NCBI GenBank assembly: GCA_045106415.1
Contig: JBGCEP010000030.1
Span: forward strand, 1-64,000
Length of the DNA: 64,000 bases
Source: Oligoflexales bacterium
Lineage (GTDB): Bacteria > Bdellovibrionota_B > Oligoflexia > Oligoflexales > Bog-1112
Direction of reading: 5' to 3'
Part shown: positions 18,460 through 29,446 of the stretch, piece after piece
How positions within the stretch are numbered: the first letter of the stretch is position 1
How the letters are laid out: the number at the start of each line of letters is the position of its first letter
Notes under the pieces: generated by a model
What the model was told of the DNA's origin: nothing
Seen by the model: only the letters and a program-made list of their open reading frames with translations
Databases searched by the model: none
Position numbers and translations under genes: made by a program

Positions 18460-19575
18460 ATGCATATCCTGCACCTTGTCCCATCAAAAAGTTGGAGAGG
18501 CGGTGAAAACCAAGTCTCGACACTTGCGCAAGGACTTTTAAAACAAGGAATCCAAACAACCGTCGCAACACCAAAAGACAGTCTTTTTACATCAAAATCA
18601 CCACATATTCCTCTTATTCACTTACCTAAGCTGTCCCCTTATGGGCTTTGGACTATTTTAAAATTCATTCGCGATGAAAAAGTCACGCATATTGATGTCC
18701 ATTCTTCTCATGCCCACAACTGGGGCTTGCTTCTTAAAATATTCAATCAAAACCTAGTTTTGATTGTACACAGGCGAGTGGACAACCCTCCAAACCATGC
18801 TCTTAAATACAAAACACAACTCATTGATCACTACGTCCCTATTTCAGAAGCAATCCAAAATGTTTTACTTAAAACTGGGATACCAAAACATAGAATGAGT
18901 GTTATTCATAGCGCCACTGACAGTGAAAAATTCCTCTCCATCGATCCCTGCATATCACGAGCAAACCTTGTAGACTTCTGTAACATCCCTGCTCACAGCC
19001 AGATTGTTGGTACAACAGCTGCTTTAAGTCCTCAAAAAGGGATAGATACTCTGCTTGAAGCTATTGCCATACTTAAAAAAGACCACCCCTTACTTCACAT
19101 TTGCATTGCTGGTGATGGCGCCTTGAGGCAAAGCCTTGAAGAAAAAACTCATGCTTTAAAAATAACAAAACACGTTACTTTTATGGGATGGGTCGAAGAC
19201 ACATCTGATTTTTTAAGCGCACTTGATATTTTTGCGCTGCCTTCAAACAACGAAGGACTTGGAACATCTATACTCGATGCTTTCCATGCAAAAAAATGCG
19301 TTGTAGCAACACAAGTCGGCGGCATACCAGAAATGGTTAAGCCTATGAAGACAGGTTTACTTGTTCCATCGAAAAACCCTGCAGAGCTAGCAAAGGCACT
19401 AGATACTGTTCTTCAAGATGACCATTTGCGCCAAAGACTAGCAGTTGGCGGCCACCAACTCGTAGAGTCTCTTTTCACAAAAGAATTAATGATTCGCAAG
19501 AATATAGAAATCTACAACCGGATCCAATCCTTAAAACTTTCCAAACCTAGCCTCAAATTAAAACAATCAAAATAA
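18460..19575 (+). CDS. GT4 family glycosyltransferase
   Basis: WRGGENQV, HRRVD, KGIDTLL, EGLGTSILDA, VGGIPE. Confidence 0.9.
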   Translation: MHILHLVPSKSWRGGENQVSTLAQGLLKQGIQTTVATPKDSLFTSKSPHIPLIHLPKLSPYGLWTILKFIRDEKVTHIDVHSSHAHNWGLLLKIFNQNLVLIVHRRVDNPPNHALKYKTQLIDHYVPISEAIQNVLLKTGIPKHRMSVIHSATDSEKFLSIDPCISRANLVDFCNIPAHSQIVGTTAALSPQKGIDTLLEAIAILKKDHPLLHICIAGDGALRQSLEEKTHALKITKHVTFMGWVEDTSDFLSALDIFALPSNNEGLGTSILDAFHAKKCVVATQVGGIPEMVKPMKTGLLVPSKNPAELAKALDTVLQDDHLRQRLAVGGHQLVESLFTKELMIRKNIEIYNRIQSLKLSKPSLKLKQSK

Positions 19576-19605
19576 AAGAGAGCTTCAAAAAAGAAGCTCT
19601 CTTTT
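19574..19605. terminator. Bidirectional intrinsic terminator
   Basis: aaaagagagcttc-aaaaaa-gaagctctctttt between convergent GT4 and sucA. Confidence 0.85.
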
Positions 19606-19625
19606 ACAAAAAAACTTGTTTTCAT

Positions 19626-22400
19626 CTAAGCTTTTTTCTTTTTAGGCTCCCAAGCACAGGCTCGAGAAAACGCTTCTCGAATAATACGCTCTTGCTCTAA
19701 CTGATGTGCTTTTGAAGTTCCTTCGGCCGTTGTGCCTGAATTTTTACGGCCAACATATTGAATATTCAGCTCAGGGAATGTTGCTTTAAGTCGGGGCTCA
19801 ACAAATGTCCAACTACCCATGTTTTGAGGTTCTTCTTGCACCCAAATCACGTCTTTAACTTTCTTCACATCAATACTTTGCCGCAAAGCATCACTGGGAA
19901 AAGGGTAAACTTGTTCTGCTCGCAAGATACTTACATCTTCAATTTGAGCCTCATTCATATAGGATAAAAGTTCGTAATAAATTTTACCGCTACACGCAAT
20001 CACTCTATCTCCTTGTTTCTTCTTTGAAGAAGTTACTAATACTTCTCGGAAATTTTCATGCGTAAAATCCTTAAGACTCGATACAGCTTCAGGGTGCCTT
20101 AAAAGACTCTTAGGAGTCATAAGCACAAGAGGTTTTTTAAATTCTCGCAGCATTTGCCGTCTCAGTAAATGAAATAATTGAGCAGGGGTTGTTACATTGC
20201 AGACCTGAATATTGCGATTTCCACACGACTGTAAATAACGCTCTGGCCGTGCACTCGAATGTTCAGGGCCCTGGCCTTCATGGCCATGAGGGAGCATAAG
20301 CACTAGACCACAAGTCAGATTCCACTTTGCTTCAGAAGCAACAAGAAACTGATCTATAATAATTTGAGCTCCATTTGCAAAATCACCAAACTGAGCCTCC
20401 CAAATCACCAAAGAATTCTTATCTGCGATAGAATAACCAAACTCAAAACCTAAACAAGCCTGCTCTGATAAAGGGCTATTAATAACAGAGATATGGCCTA
20501 AACCTTCAAACACCGAGCGAGGATCTCCGCTCTCTTGATCAAAAACCACAGCATGGCGACTACTAAATGTCCCTCGTTGGCAGTCTTGTCCTGACAGACG
20601 AACACGATAATCTTCTTTTAAAAGTGTCGCAAAAGCTAAAAGTTCACCCATTGCCCAATCGACAGCTCCTTCTTTCTCAAACATTTTTTGTCTTTGATCT
20701 AGAAGTCGAACAATTTTATTATGAGGTTTTAAGCCAGAAGGCACAGTTGCAATATGTTGCCCTAGAGCACGTAGATTTTTTTCTGAAACCTTTGTCTCCA
20801 CAGCATCAAATACTTCTTGCTGGCTAACTTTGCGATATTCAAAAATTTCAGCCAACGATTCAGGGATTGGCATCACAGGCAATTGGTCTGGGGATTGGCG
20901 AATTTTTTCAAAAGCAGACTGTAAGTTTTGCTTCACATTCGTCGCATATCCTTGCACATCTTCTTTAGATAGAAGACCACTCTCAACGAGTGACTCACCA
21001 TAAATTTTAAAAACAGTTGGGTGTTTTTTTATGACTTGATACATTTTCGGCTGTGTATACGCAGGTTCATCTGTCTCATTATGACCATGCCGGCGATATC
21101 CAACAAGATCAACCACAACATCTTTATGAAATTTTTGTCGCCATTCAACTGCGATCTTGGCCACCCACAGTACTGCCTCAGGATCATCTGCATTGACGTG
21201 AAACACCGGAGCTCTAAGAGCTTTTGAAATATCTGAATTATACTGATAAGAGCAACTTTCAGGAGGTAGAGTTGTGAATCCGATCTGATTATTTGTAATC
21301 ACATGAATCGTCCCACCTGTTTTATACGCCTGCAGAGAAGCTAAATTTAAGGTTTCTGCAACAAGGCCTTGCCCTGCGAAAGCAGCATCTCCGTGTAGTA
21401 AAATAGGTACAACGCAACGACCGTCTTCATCCCCAAGTCGCTCTTGTCGACAACGGGCAAATCCTTCAATCACAGGGTTCACTGCTTCTAAATGACTTGG
21501 GTTCGGGCTTAAAAACATACGAACATCGCCAGAAGGCGTTGTTCTTTGAGAAGCAAATCCCAGATGGTATTTCACATCACCGTCAATATCAAAAGGATTA
21601 AATTGGGATCCTTCAAATTCTTGTAAAAGTTTTTCTAATGGCTTTTTAAGAACATTCGCCAAGACATTTAAACGCCCTCTATGCGCCATGCCAAGGTTGA
21701 CTTCCTGAATACCTAAGCTTGCTCCATGATCCACAATCGTATCTAAAAAGCATACAAGGGATTCCAACCCCTCTATCGAGAATCGTTTTTGCCCTAAATA
21801 TCGGGCTTGTAGAAACTTTTCAAAACCTTCTGCAGCTGCAAGTTTTTCAAGAATAGATTTTTGTGTCTCTAGATCCACTTCAGGACTATTAGCACAATTT
21901 TCCATTTTTTCTTGAAGCCACAAAACTTCTTGTATATCTCCTAAATCTCGAAAATCAACTCCAATGCGATTGCAATAAGTCTTTTTCAGATGATCATGAA
22001 TACCACCGAAACTCATTTGGTCTTTTACAAAATTTGCAGGTTGAAAAACATCTGAAGCAGTAACATCAGCTAAACCATGTTGATCAGGCTGAAGATCTTT
22101 AGGGAGAGTAGGAGCTGGTGACAAAGGATTGAGGTGGGCACCTAAATGACCTAAACGACGATAAGTATTAATAAATGCTTCAACGCGTGCATTCAGTTTT
22201 CCAGCATCTCCGTCAGTTGCTGCCGCACCTGATGTATGAGACTCCACGAGGCCTTGACCTATCGCAAATTGATAGCCTTGAAAAAAATGTCGCCAAGACT
22301 CAGGGACACTGCCAGGGTCTTGCTGCCACTGCTCAAACATCTGTTGGGCCCATACACCGTCAATGCTTGGAACATGTTCTCGTGGGTCATGCATTCTCAA
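19626..22400 (-). CDS. sucA: 2-oxoglutarate dehydrogenase E1
   Basis: KRFSIEG, GMAHRGRLN, GDVKYHLG, HGDAAFAGQG, WEAQFGDF, GPEHSSAR. Confidence 0.97.
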   Translation of the reverse strand: MRMHDPREHVPSIDGVWAQQMFEQWQQDPGSVPESWRHFFQGYQFAIGQGLVESHTSGAAATDGDAGKLNARVEAFINTYRRLGHLGAHLNPLSPAPTLPKDLQPDQHGLADVTASDVFQPANFVKDQMSFGGIHDHLKKTYCNRIGVDFRDLGDIQEVLWLQEKMENCANSPEVDLETQKSILEKLAAAEGFEKFLQARYLGQKRFSIEGLESLVCFLDTIVDHGASLGIQEVNLGMAHRGRLNVLANVLKKPLEKLLQEFEGSQFNPFDIDGDVKYHLGFASQRTTPSGDVRMFLSPNPSHLEAVNPVIEGFARCRQERLGDEDGRCVVPILLHGDAAFAGQGLVAETLNLASLQAYKTGGTIHVITNNQIGFTTLPPESCSYQYNSDISKALRAPVFHVNADDPEAVLWVAKIAVEWRQKFHKDVVVDLVGYRRHGHNETDEPAYTQPKMYQVIKKHPTVFKIYGESLVESGLLSKEDVQGYATNVKQNLQSAFEKIRQSPDQLPVMPIPESLAEIFEYRKVSQQEVFDAVETKVSEKNLRALGQHIATVPSGLKPHNKIVRLLDQRQKMFEKEGAVDWAMGELLAFATLLKEDYRVRLSGQDCQRGTFSSRHAVVFDQESGDPRSVFEGLGHISVINSPLSEQACLGFEFGYSIADKNSLVIWEAQFGDFANGAQIIIDQFLVASEAKWNLTCGLVLMLPHGHEGQGPEHSSARPERYLQSCGNRNIQVCNVTTPAQLFHLLRRQMLREFKKPLVLMTPKSLLRHPEAVSSLKDFTHENFREVLVTSSKKKQGDRVIACSGKIYYELLSYMNEAQIEDVSILRAEQVYPFPSDALRQSIDVKKVKDVIWVQEEPQNMGSWTFVEPRLKATFPELNIQYVGRKNSGTTAEGTSKAHQLEQERIIREAFSRACAWEPKKKKA

Positions 22401-22406
22401 ATCTCC

Positions 22407-23795
22407 TTAAGCATGAATTGCTTCTTTATGTACGTCTAAAGCTGCCTCTTTAATCGCTTCTGATAAAGTCGGATGCGCATGAATTGTTCTAGCAACATCT
22501 TCCACACTCGCACCATACTCAAAGGCCATTACAATTTCACCAATCATCTCAGAAGCTGCGGGCCCTATAATATGACAACCTAGCAAACGATCTGTTTTTG
22601 CACAGCCAATGACTTTCACAAAACCATCATCATCATTCATCGCTTTTGCTCGGCCATTGGCTTTAAATAAAAACTTACCTGTTTTAATTTCTAAACCTTC
22701 AGCCCTCGCTTCTTCTTCTGTTAAACCCACCGCTGCTACTTCAGGCCACGTGTAAACAACCGAAGGGATTGCACGATAGTTCACATGACCATGTTTGTTA
22801 ACTAAACTTTCAGCGAGAGCAACACCTTCTTCTTCGGCTTTATGCGCAAGCATCGGACCTGCAATCACATCTCCGATAGCATAAACCCCTGCAACCTTTG
22901 TTTGTAAAGTTCCGTCAACAGGAATACGCCCACGCTCATCAAGTTGAATTCCAATGTTTTCTAACCCAAGACCCTCTGTAAATGCTTTACGCCCGACGGC
23001 CACCAAAACCTTATCCGCCTCCAAAAAAAGCTCTGAACCATCTTTCTTCTCACAGGTCAGCTTAACTTTATTCTTATGCACTTTTGTCTCTGTGAGCTTT
23101 GCCCCTATTTCAAATTTCAAACCTTGCTTTTTGAGACTTTTCTGGAGACCTAATGAAACCGCTTTATCCATCGTGGGGGTAATACGATCCATCGCTTCAA
23201 CAACAGTGACTTCAGAGCCTAAGCGACTCCAAACACTTCCTAATTCTAAGCCTATGACCCCCCCACCAATCACAACAAGGTGTTTAGGAACTTTTTCAAA
23301 CTCAAGAGCATCCGTTGAATCAACAATCATTTTATGATCAAAACGAGCCACAGGAATATCAATTGGAGCACTCCCTGTTGCAATGACAATATGATTAGCA
23401 TGAAGCTCTTGCTCACCTACCTTCACTTTTCCTGCATCAATAATCGTTCCATGACCTTGAATTCGTGTGATTTTATTTTTCTTTATAAGATAATCAATCC
23501 CACCGGTCATACCGTCAACCACTGTATTCTTACGAGAAAGCATTTTTTGAAGGTTAAACTGAACCTTAGCAACTTCAATTCCATGATCCGCAAACTCATG
23601 CTGAGTTTTCGCATACAAGTGACTTGATTCAAGAAGCGCTTTACTAGGAATACATCCTACATTGAGACATGTGCCACCCAAGGCTTTTCGAACCTCCACA
23701 CAGGCAACCTTCAATCCTAGTTGTGCCATACGAATTGCACACACATAGCCCCCAGGACCACCACCAATAACAATAGCGTCAAATTTATCAGCCAT
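22407..23795 (-). CDS. lpdA: Dihydrolipoyl dehydrogenase
   Basis: GGGPGGY, GGTCLNVGCIPSK, HAHPTLSE. Confidence 0.97.
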   Translation of the reverse strand: MADKFDAIVIGGGPGGYVCAIRMAQLGLKVACVEVRKALGGTCLNVGCIPSKALLESSHLYAKTQHEFADHGIEVAKVQFNLQKMLSRKNTVVDGMTGGIDYLIKKNKITRIQGHGTIIDAGKVKVGEQELHANHIVIATGSAPIDIPVARFDHKMIVDSTDALEFEKVPKHLVVIGGGVIGLELGSVWSRLGSEVTVVEAMDRITPTMDKAVSLGLQKSLKKQGLKFEIGAKLTETKVHKNKVKLTCEKKDGSELFLEADKVLVAVGRKAFTEGLGLENIGIQLDERGRIPVDGTLQTKVAGVYAIGDVIAGPMLAHKAEEEGVALAESLVNKHGHVNYRAIPSVVYTWPEVAAVGLTEEEARAEGLEIKTGKFLFKANGRAKAMNDDDGFVKVIGCAKTDRLLGCHIIGPAASEMIGEIVMAFEYGASVEDVARTIHAHPTLSEAIKEAALDVHKEAIHA

Positions 23796-23797
23796 CT

Positions 23798-25018
23798 TTA
23801 TACTCCAATCAAAGCACGCGCTGGATCTTCAAGAAACTCTTTAATCGCTATTAAAAACCCAACAGCTTCTTTACCATCAACCAGCCTATGATCATAAGAT
23901 AACGCCAAGTACATCATAGGACGCGCTTCAATAGAACCATCTGGCATGACCATCGGTCGTTGTTGAGTTTTATGCATCCCTAAAATGCCACTTTGTGGTG
24001 GATTTAAAATTGGCGTTGACATCAATGAACCAAACACACCACCATTTGAGACCGTGAAAGTCCCACCTGTTAGATCATCAACTGTAATCTTATTATTTCT
24101 AGCTTTTTCAGCAAATCCAGCAATAGCCATCTCTAATTGTGGAATATCCATCAAGTCAGCGTCTCGAATGACTGGAACCACAAGACCTTTAGGTGTCGAC
24201 ACAGCCACGCCAACATCACAATAGTTGTGATAAATAAACTCTTTATCCTGAATAAAAGCATTCATACGCGGATATTTCTTTAAAGCCAACAGACTTGCTT
24301 TTAAAAAGAAACCCATAAAACCAAGCTTCATGCCGTATTTTTTCTGAAAACTATCTTGGTAGTTTTTTCTTAACGCCATCACCGACGTCATATCAACTTC
24401 GTTGAATGTTGTTAAAATAGCAGCTGTATGCTGAGCTTCTACAAGGCGATCTGCAATTCGCCTCCTCAACATGCTCATAGGTTCTCTGGTCACTTCTCGA
24501 ACCCTTCCTGCACCGTCAAAAATAGGCTTTTTCACCTCAGCCTGAGGGGTCGCTGCTTTTTGTGCCACTGCAGGCTCCGGTTTTGCGACTGATGCAGAAG
24601 ACAATAAATCAGATTTCGTGACCCTACCACCGCGACCAGAGCCTTCAACCCCTTCAGTGGAGGCGCCTTCTGCGACCATACGACGTACAGCAGGCCCTGG
24701 GTCTAAATTTTGTTGAGAAGCTGGGGCATCATGAAGCTGTTCTTGCTTTTCTTCCGCAGCCACTGTCACTGAAGGTGATGTAGAAACACCTTCTGCAATA
24801 CGCCCAATCACTTGGCCTACTTTGACAACTTCTCCAGCCTCAACCAAGACCGTTAAAGTCCCAGCTGACTCCGCCACAACCTCTACCGAAGCTTTATCAG
24901 TTTCAAGCTCAAGCAAAACATCGTCAACTTCAACTTGGTCTCCACTGTTTTTCATCCAAGAGCCAATCATACCCTCTTGAACCGACTCTCCAACTCCCGG
25001 AACTTTTATATCGACCAT
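23798..25018 (-). CDS. sucB: Dihydrolipoyllysine succinyltransferase E2
   Basis: Lipoyl ETDKA, E3-binding [21 protein letters not shown] at 25018 after GGGGA. Confidence 0.96.
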   Translation of the reverse strand: MVDIKVPGVGESVQEGMIGSWMKNSGDQVEVDDVLLELETDKASVEVVAESAGTLTVLVEAGEVVKVGQVIGRIAEGVSTSPSVTVAAEEKQEQLHDAPASQQNLDPGPAVRRMVAEGASTEGVEGSGRGGRVTKSDLLSSASVAKPEPAVAQKAATPQAEVKKPIFDGAGRVREVTREPMSMLRRRIADRLVEAQHTAAILTTFNEVDMTSVMALRKNYQDSFQKKYGMKLGFMGFFLKASLLALKKYPRMNAFIQDKEFIYHNYCDVGVAVSTPKGLVVPVIRDADLMDIPQLEMAIAGFAEKARNNKITVDDLTGGTFTVSNGGVFGSLMSTPILNPPQSGILGMHKTQQRPMVMPDGSIEARPMMYLALSYDHRLVDGKEAVGFLIAIKEFLEDPARALIGV

Positions 25019-25196
25019 TTTATCCCCCAGTCTGCGCACGCAATCATGGTCCCACCAACGAAGCCATCTGGCAATCATTCGAATCGGCAGTTTTCTCCAC
25101 TTTCATGACTACGGTCGCCACAAAAGCCTTCATTACCTGCCTCAGATTGTCATTTGAGACCGGCAAAAACAACCACAGATCCTGTTTTGCTATGTA

Positions 25197-25778
25197 TTAT
25201 TGGAAATTAATCACTTTTAAAATTTCAGCAGTCAAGCCCCAAACCCTGTGACCAGAGGCTAAAAAATAGCCGCGGAAGGGACCGCACCAACGCGGAAGCC
25301 ACGATCTTCTGAATTTATCAACGCACAACTCACTCCAGTATGGCGTCAAAACCTCAGCAACCTCTTCCTCTTGAAGAACAAAGCGCTGCTGACGATCATC
25401 ACCCTTGACAACAAGAGGCCCACTCAAAACAACCGGGACGACACAGAGACCATGTTTGGACAGAAAAGGCGGCAGCTGGCCATGAACCTGGAGAGGGTCG
25501 ACTCGCACACCAAGTTCTTCCGCTAGTTCACGCACAGCCGTCTCTAAAGGAGAGTACTCAAAAGGTTCTCGCATACCCCCAGGAAAGCACACCTGGCCTT
25601 TATGAGTTCTAACTCTGTCAGAACGTTGCGTCAGAACCACTTGTGGGCCTAACAACGAAGGAATTAAGAGCACACACACAGCAGCGCAGTGCTCTTGATC
25701 ACCCCAGGGCTGCAAAGGCTGAACAGCGGAAAAATTCGGCAGTGACCTGAAATCATTTAGGCTGGAGTCTGCACTCAC
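25197..25778 (-). CDS. CoA pyrophosphatase, Nudix family (NudL-like)
   Basis: LTQRS..HKGQVCFPGG, Nudix box GGMRE...AVRELAEELG, VWGLTA. Confidence 0.85.
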   Translation of the reverse strand: MSADSSLNDFRSLPNFSAVQPLQPWGDQEHCAAVCVLLIPSLLGPQVVLTQRSDRVRTHKGQVCFPGGMREPFEYSPLETAVRELAEELGVRVDPLQVHGQLPPFLSKHGLCVVPVVLSGPLVVKGDDRQQRFVLQEEEVAEVLTPYWSELCVDKFRRSWLPRWCGPFRGYFLASGHRVWGLTAEILKVINFQ

Positions 25779-26218
25779 ACACTCGCCTGTGCTCCAGACT
25801 TCTCTGGCACTATCGTTTTCTTAGATTCTTTATTTTTTGTAGCTTCTGTTTCAGGCATGGAAGTCTTTCCGTTAAATTGAGCTCCCTCATGAATCACAAG
25901 AGCAGGAGTAATAATATCTCCGTCAAAACAACAGCGATCAGCAAGTTCAACACGCCCACTTGCTTTCAAAGTTCCACTCACTTTACCTTGAATAATTGCT
26001 TCTTCAGCCTGAATGCAAGCTGAAATATGGGCCTCTTCTTCAACAATCAACAAACCCTCTGAAACAATCTCACCTTCAATACGTCCACCAATACGACTCG
26101 AGCCTCTGCAGTACAACTTTCCATTAAAATGACATCCTGGAGTCAGGATCGTGACTGCAGACTCATGAAAATTAGCTCCGCGTCTTTTCGCTGAATTCTT
26201 CTTGTCATTGAACACCAT
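25775..26218 (-). CDS. Bactofilin (polymer-forming cytoskeletal protein)
   Basis: TIL..G..FNGKL...RIGGRIEGEI...I.G.V.G...GDI...L.I.EGA.FNG beta-helix pattern. Confidence 0.9.
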   Translation of the reverse strand: MVFNDKKNSAKRRGANFHESAVTILTPGCHFNGKLYCRGSSRIGGRIEGEIVSEGLLIVEEEAHISACIQAEEAIIQGKVSGTLKASGRVELADRCCFDGDIITPALVIHEGAQFNGKTSMPETEATKNKESKKTIVPEKSGAQASV

Positions 26219-26280
26219 TTGCATCCCCTAAACATATGCTACAATCAAACTCAAATTCACAAATCACTTTTGGTGGCAAG

Positions 26281-26877
26281 ATGTCCCTCATCCCTCACCG
26301 CAGCAACCATACAAGACCTCGACGACCCTTCACGACCATCTACTGTGATGACATCATCTGGCTCCATCAAAAATTCTGGGACAGCTCACATCACGAGAGT
26401 TTTGCACAAAATCGCTATCGCGACACAGCAAATACTGACCTCCCTAATAGATTATCAGCATTTTCAGGATCCTGGATCCTCCTCATTAAGCAAGAGTACC
26501 AAGGATGGGCTGAATTTCATTGTCATAATCAAGGTATTTCCATAAATCACCTTATCTTAAGCAAAGAAATTGACTGGGCAAAAAAAGGACAGGGAGCACT
26601 CCTACATCTTGTTGCAGCTCTCTTTCAAGACCCTCAGATCGACATTATTGAAATCCCACTCACGCAAGGAGGCACCCCTCCTATCACTGGAAGCCTAAGA
26701 ACCGTATGGAGCCCACATAAACATATTTTTCACAAAAGAGGGTCATGCATAGACATACTCCAAATACAGCGCAGCTGGCTTCACTCAGAGGAAGGTAAAA
26801 AACCTGCGCAACGAATGCGACCTTTACTCTCTCAAGGAAAATATTCTCACCAAATAAAAAAAAGGGCGGCCAGATAG
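26281..26877 (+). CDS. Hypothetical protein
   Basis: ~198-aa ORF filling the gap between bactofilin and rpsI and ending in the shared terminator. Confidence 0.55.
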   Translation: MSLIPHRSNHTRPRRPFTTIYCDDIIWLHQKFWDSSHHESFAQNRYRDTANTDLPNRLSAFSGSWILLIKQEYQGWAEFHCHNQGISINHLILSKEIDWAKKGQGALLHLVAALFQDPQIDIIEIPLTQGGTPPITGSLRTVWSPHKHIFHKRGSCIDILQIQRSWLHSEEGKKPAQRMRPLLSQGKYSHQIKKRAAR

Positions 26878-26892
26878 CCACCCTCTTTTTTT
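26856..26892. terminator. Bidirectional intrinsic terminator after rpsI
   Basis: A8-gggcggc-cagata-gccaccc-tc-T run. Confidence 0.75.
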
Positions 26893-26912
26893 GGATTGAT
26901 AAAGAACCGATT

Positions 26913-27302
26913 CTAACGTTTTGAGAATTGGAACTTTCTACGAGCGCCAGGCTGACCTGGAAGCTTACGCTCTTTCTTACGAGCATCTCGTGTTAACAAC
27001 CCTGCTTTTTTAAGCACTGCGCGATTATCATCACTCATTGCTGCCAAAGCACGCGCAACAGCGTGACGGATAGCACCCGCCTGGCCGTTCAGTCCACCAC
27101 CACAAACATTCACCTTAATGTCAAACTGACCGGTTGTGTTTGTGAGTTCAAATGCTTGCATAACAACCATTTTGGACGTTGGACGAATATAGTAATCATC
27201 CAATTCACGTTTGTTAATAGTGATCTTGCCAGAACCTTCTTGCATATAAAGTCTAGCGATCGCTGTTTTTCTTTTACCAACACTTCGTTGAATAAAACTC
27301 AT
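26913..27302 (-). CDS. rpsI: 30S ribosomal protein S9
   Basis: GKRKTAIAR, GGG..GQAGAIRH, LTRDAR..ER, QFSKR. Confidence 0.97.
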   Translation of the reverse strand: MSFIQRSVGKRKTAIARLYMQEGSGKITINKRELDDYYIRPTSKMVVMQAFELTNTTGQFDIKVNVCGGGLNGQAGAIRHAVARALAAMSDDNRAVLKKAGLLTRDARKKERKLPGQPGARRKFQFSKR

Positions 27303-27315
27303 GATGTTCCTCATC

Positions 27316-27783
27316 TCAGCTCTGAACAGCCAATCGGTTCGGCATAGGCTCAGGAGACTGAGCGCCTTGCTCATGATCAGCGCCAGCATACACTCGAAGG
27401 TGCTTCAGAATTTGTCTGGACAACTTGTTTTTTGGTAACATCCCACGTACTTCGAGAGTTACAACTTCCTCAGGATTTTTCGCGAGTTTCTCACCGGCGG
27501 TCGTTGCTTTTAACCCTCCGATGTATCCACTATGACGATAATACATCTTGTTAGATAACTTCTTACCAGTAAGAACAATCTTTGATGCATTCGTTACAAT
27601 AACGTGATCGCCACAATCAATATGCGGTGCAAATTCAGGCTTATGCTTACCACGTAAGACACGTGCGACATCTGTTGAGAGTCGACCTAGTGTCTGACCT
27701 GCGGCATCTACAACCACCCATTTTCTTTTTCCAGCAAAATCTTCGCGATCAAAATCAGCTGCTTTGACGCTTACGGTTTTCAT
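27316..27783 (-). CDS. rplM: 50S ribosomal protein L13
   Basis: [39 protein letters not shown]. Confidence 0.97.
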   Translation of the reverse strand: MKTVSVKAADFDREDFAGKRKWVVVDAAGQTLGRLSTDVARVLRGKHKPEFAPHIDCGDHVIVTNASKIVLTGKKLSNKMYYRHSGYIGGLKATTAGEKLAKNPEEVVTLEVRGMLPKNKLSRQILKHLRVYAGADHEQGAQSPEPMPNRLAVQS

Positions 27784-27855
27784 ACTTTTACTCTTTCTGT
27801 CGTATTGCTACTCAGCCGCAGGCTCCGCATACATATGCGGTAGCCAGAGACCCGG

Positions 27856-27884
27856 AGTGTAGACTAGACTTTCATTCAGGTCAA
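27856..27884 (-). promoter_or_regulatory. sigma70 promoter of rplM-rpsI
   Basis: TTGACC-N17-TACACT on the minus strand, ~70 nt upstream of the rplM start. Confidence 0.65.
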
Positions 27885-27906
27885 GCCTAGTCTCTCCTAC
27901 AGCCTA

Positions 27907-29331
27907 TTATCGACGGTTTACCAGGCAACCTGGTGTTCTAGGACACAAAATGACGTCTCGAATATTCTGCATGCCTGTGACATACATCACCATTCTTTCA
28001 AACCCCATTCCAAAACCAGCATGAGGTACGGAACCATATTTCCGTAGATCTACATACCACTGCAAATCATGAGCATCCAGCCCTGTTTCTCGCAGACGCT
28101 CCTCAAGGACATCTAGCCGCTCTTCACGCTGACTGCCTCCAACAAGTTCTCCGACACCAGGAACAAGAATATCAACAGCTGCAACTGTTTTCCCATCGTC
28201 GTTTCGACGCATATAAAACGCTTTTTGCTCAATAGGGTAGTCAGTGACAGCAACAGGGCCACCGACATGGCTTTTCGCTAGCCACGTTTCATGCTCAGAG
28301 GACAAAGAACAACCATCAAACACAGGAAATTCAAATTTCTCTCCAGACTGCATAAGAATCTTTACAGCTTCATGATAGGTCATTCTCTCAACAGATTGCT
28401 GGGAGACTTTTTCCAACTCAGCAACACTTTGGGTCTTATACATTTTTTCAAAAAATGCGAGATCATCCTGACAATGTTCAAGCGCTTCTCGGATCAAATA
28501 CTGTATAAAACCTTCAGCCATATCAATATTCCCAGATAAATCACAAAAAGACATCTCTGGTTCAATCATCCAAAACTCTGCCAAATGACGGGCAGTATTT
28601 GAATTTTCTGCACGGAAAGTTGGCCCAAACGTATAAACATCACCAAGGCCTAAAGCCACAAACTCGGCTTCTAACTGCCCTGTCACTGTCAACCATGTTT
28701 TACGACCAAAAAAATCTTTTTCATAGTCTTGCTCACGCCCTTGATGATCCTTAGGATCTAAAGACGTCACTTGAAACATTTCCCCAGCACCTTCACCATC
28801 GGTCGCTGTCAGCAAAGGTGTATGAGCCCAAATAAAGCCCTGGTTCTGAAAGTACTTGTGCACAGCATTTGCCAAAACATTACGAACACGAAAAACAGCG
28901 CCAAATGTATTCGTACGAGTTCTAAGATGAGGAATTGTTCTTAAAAATTCCAGCGTATGCCCTTTTTTCTGCAAAGGGTACGTTGTATCTGCATCACCAT
29001 AAACATGCAGACCATCAACATTCACATGCATCTCAACACGTTGCCCCTTACCAGGAGACTCAACCAAAAGCCCCTCAGCACGAATAGCACCACCGGTATG
29101 TAGGTCTTGAATAAGATCCCATGCCGCTCCCTGGTTCGCTACGACCAGCTGAATTGTTTGTTGCCCAGAACCATCACTCAGCGCAATGAAACCACAGTTT
29201 CTAGATCTTCTGACTGAACGAACCCAACCATGTACTGTTTGCTTCGTTCCTGGCTCTCCAGAAGCTAATAACTCTGAAATTCGTACTCTTCTCACCACAC
29301 TCTCCTTAACCGATGGGCTCAGCAGGCTCAA
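27907..29331 (-). CDS. asnS: Asparagine--tRNA ligase
   Basis: YPLQKK.H, HLRTRTN, GEGAGEMF, GPTFRAENSNTARHLAEFWMIEPE, GGSQREER, GFGMGFER. Confidence 0.97.
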   Translation of the reverse strand: MSLLSPSVKESVVRRVRISELLASGEPGTKQTVHGWVRSVRRSRNCGFIALSDGSGQQTIQLVVANQGAAWDLIQDLHTGGAIRAEGLLVESPGKGQRVEMHVNVDGLHVYGDADTTYPLQKKGHTLEFLRTIPHLRTRTNTFGAVFRVRNVLANAVHKYFQNQGFIWAHTPLLTATDGEGAGEMFQVTSLDPKDHQGREQDYEKDFFGRKTWLTVTGQLEAEFVALGLGDVYTFGPTFRAENSNTARHLAEFWMIEPEMSFCDLSGNIDMAEGFIQYLIREALEHCQDDLAFFEKMYKTQSVAELEKVSQQSVERMTYHEAVKILMQSGEKFEFPVFDGCSLSSEHETWLAKSHVGGPVAVTDYPIEQKAFYMRRNDDGKTVAAVDILVPGVGELVGGSQREERLDVLEERLRETGLDAHDLQWYVDLRKYGSVPHAGFGMGFERMVMYVTGMQNIRDVILCPRTPGCLVNRR

Positions 29332-29446
29332 TCAAATGTATTCCCAGACTTTCTTAGACTCTATGTTTGTGACATCAAAAAGTCTTTAAGATAAAACTTG
29401 GTTATCACGCTTATGAAGAGTTGCCAATCAAAACTCGCAAAAAGCT

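Noticed and set aside
14248..18460. Genomic island integrated at tRNA-Ser
   Set aside because: I saw no integrase and no duplicated tRNA 3' end, and the 3' side of the tRNA is flanked by core genes.
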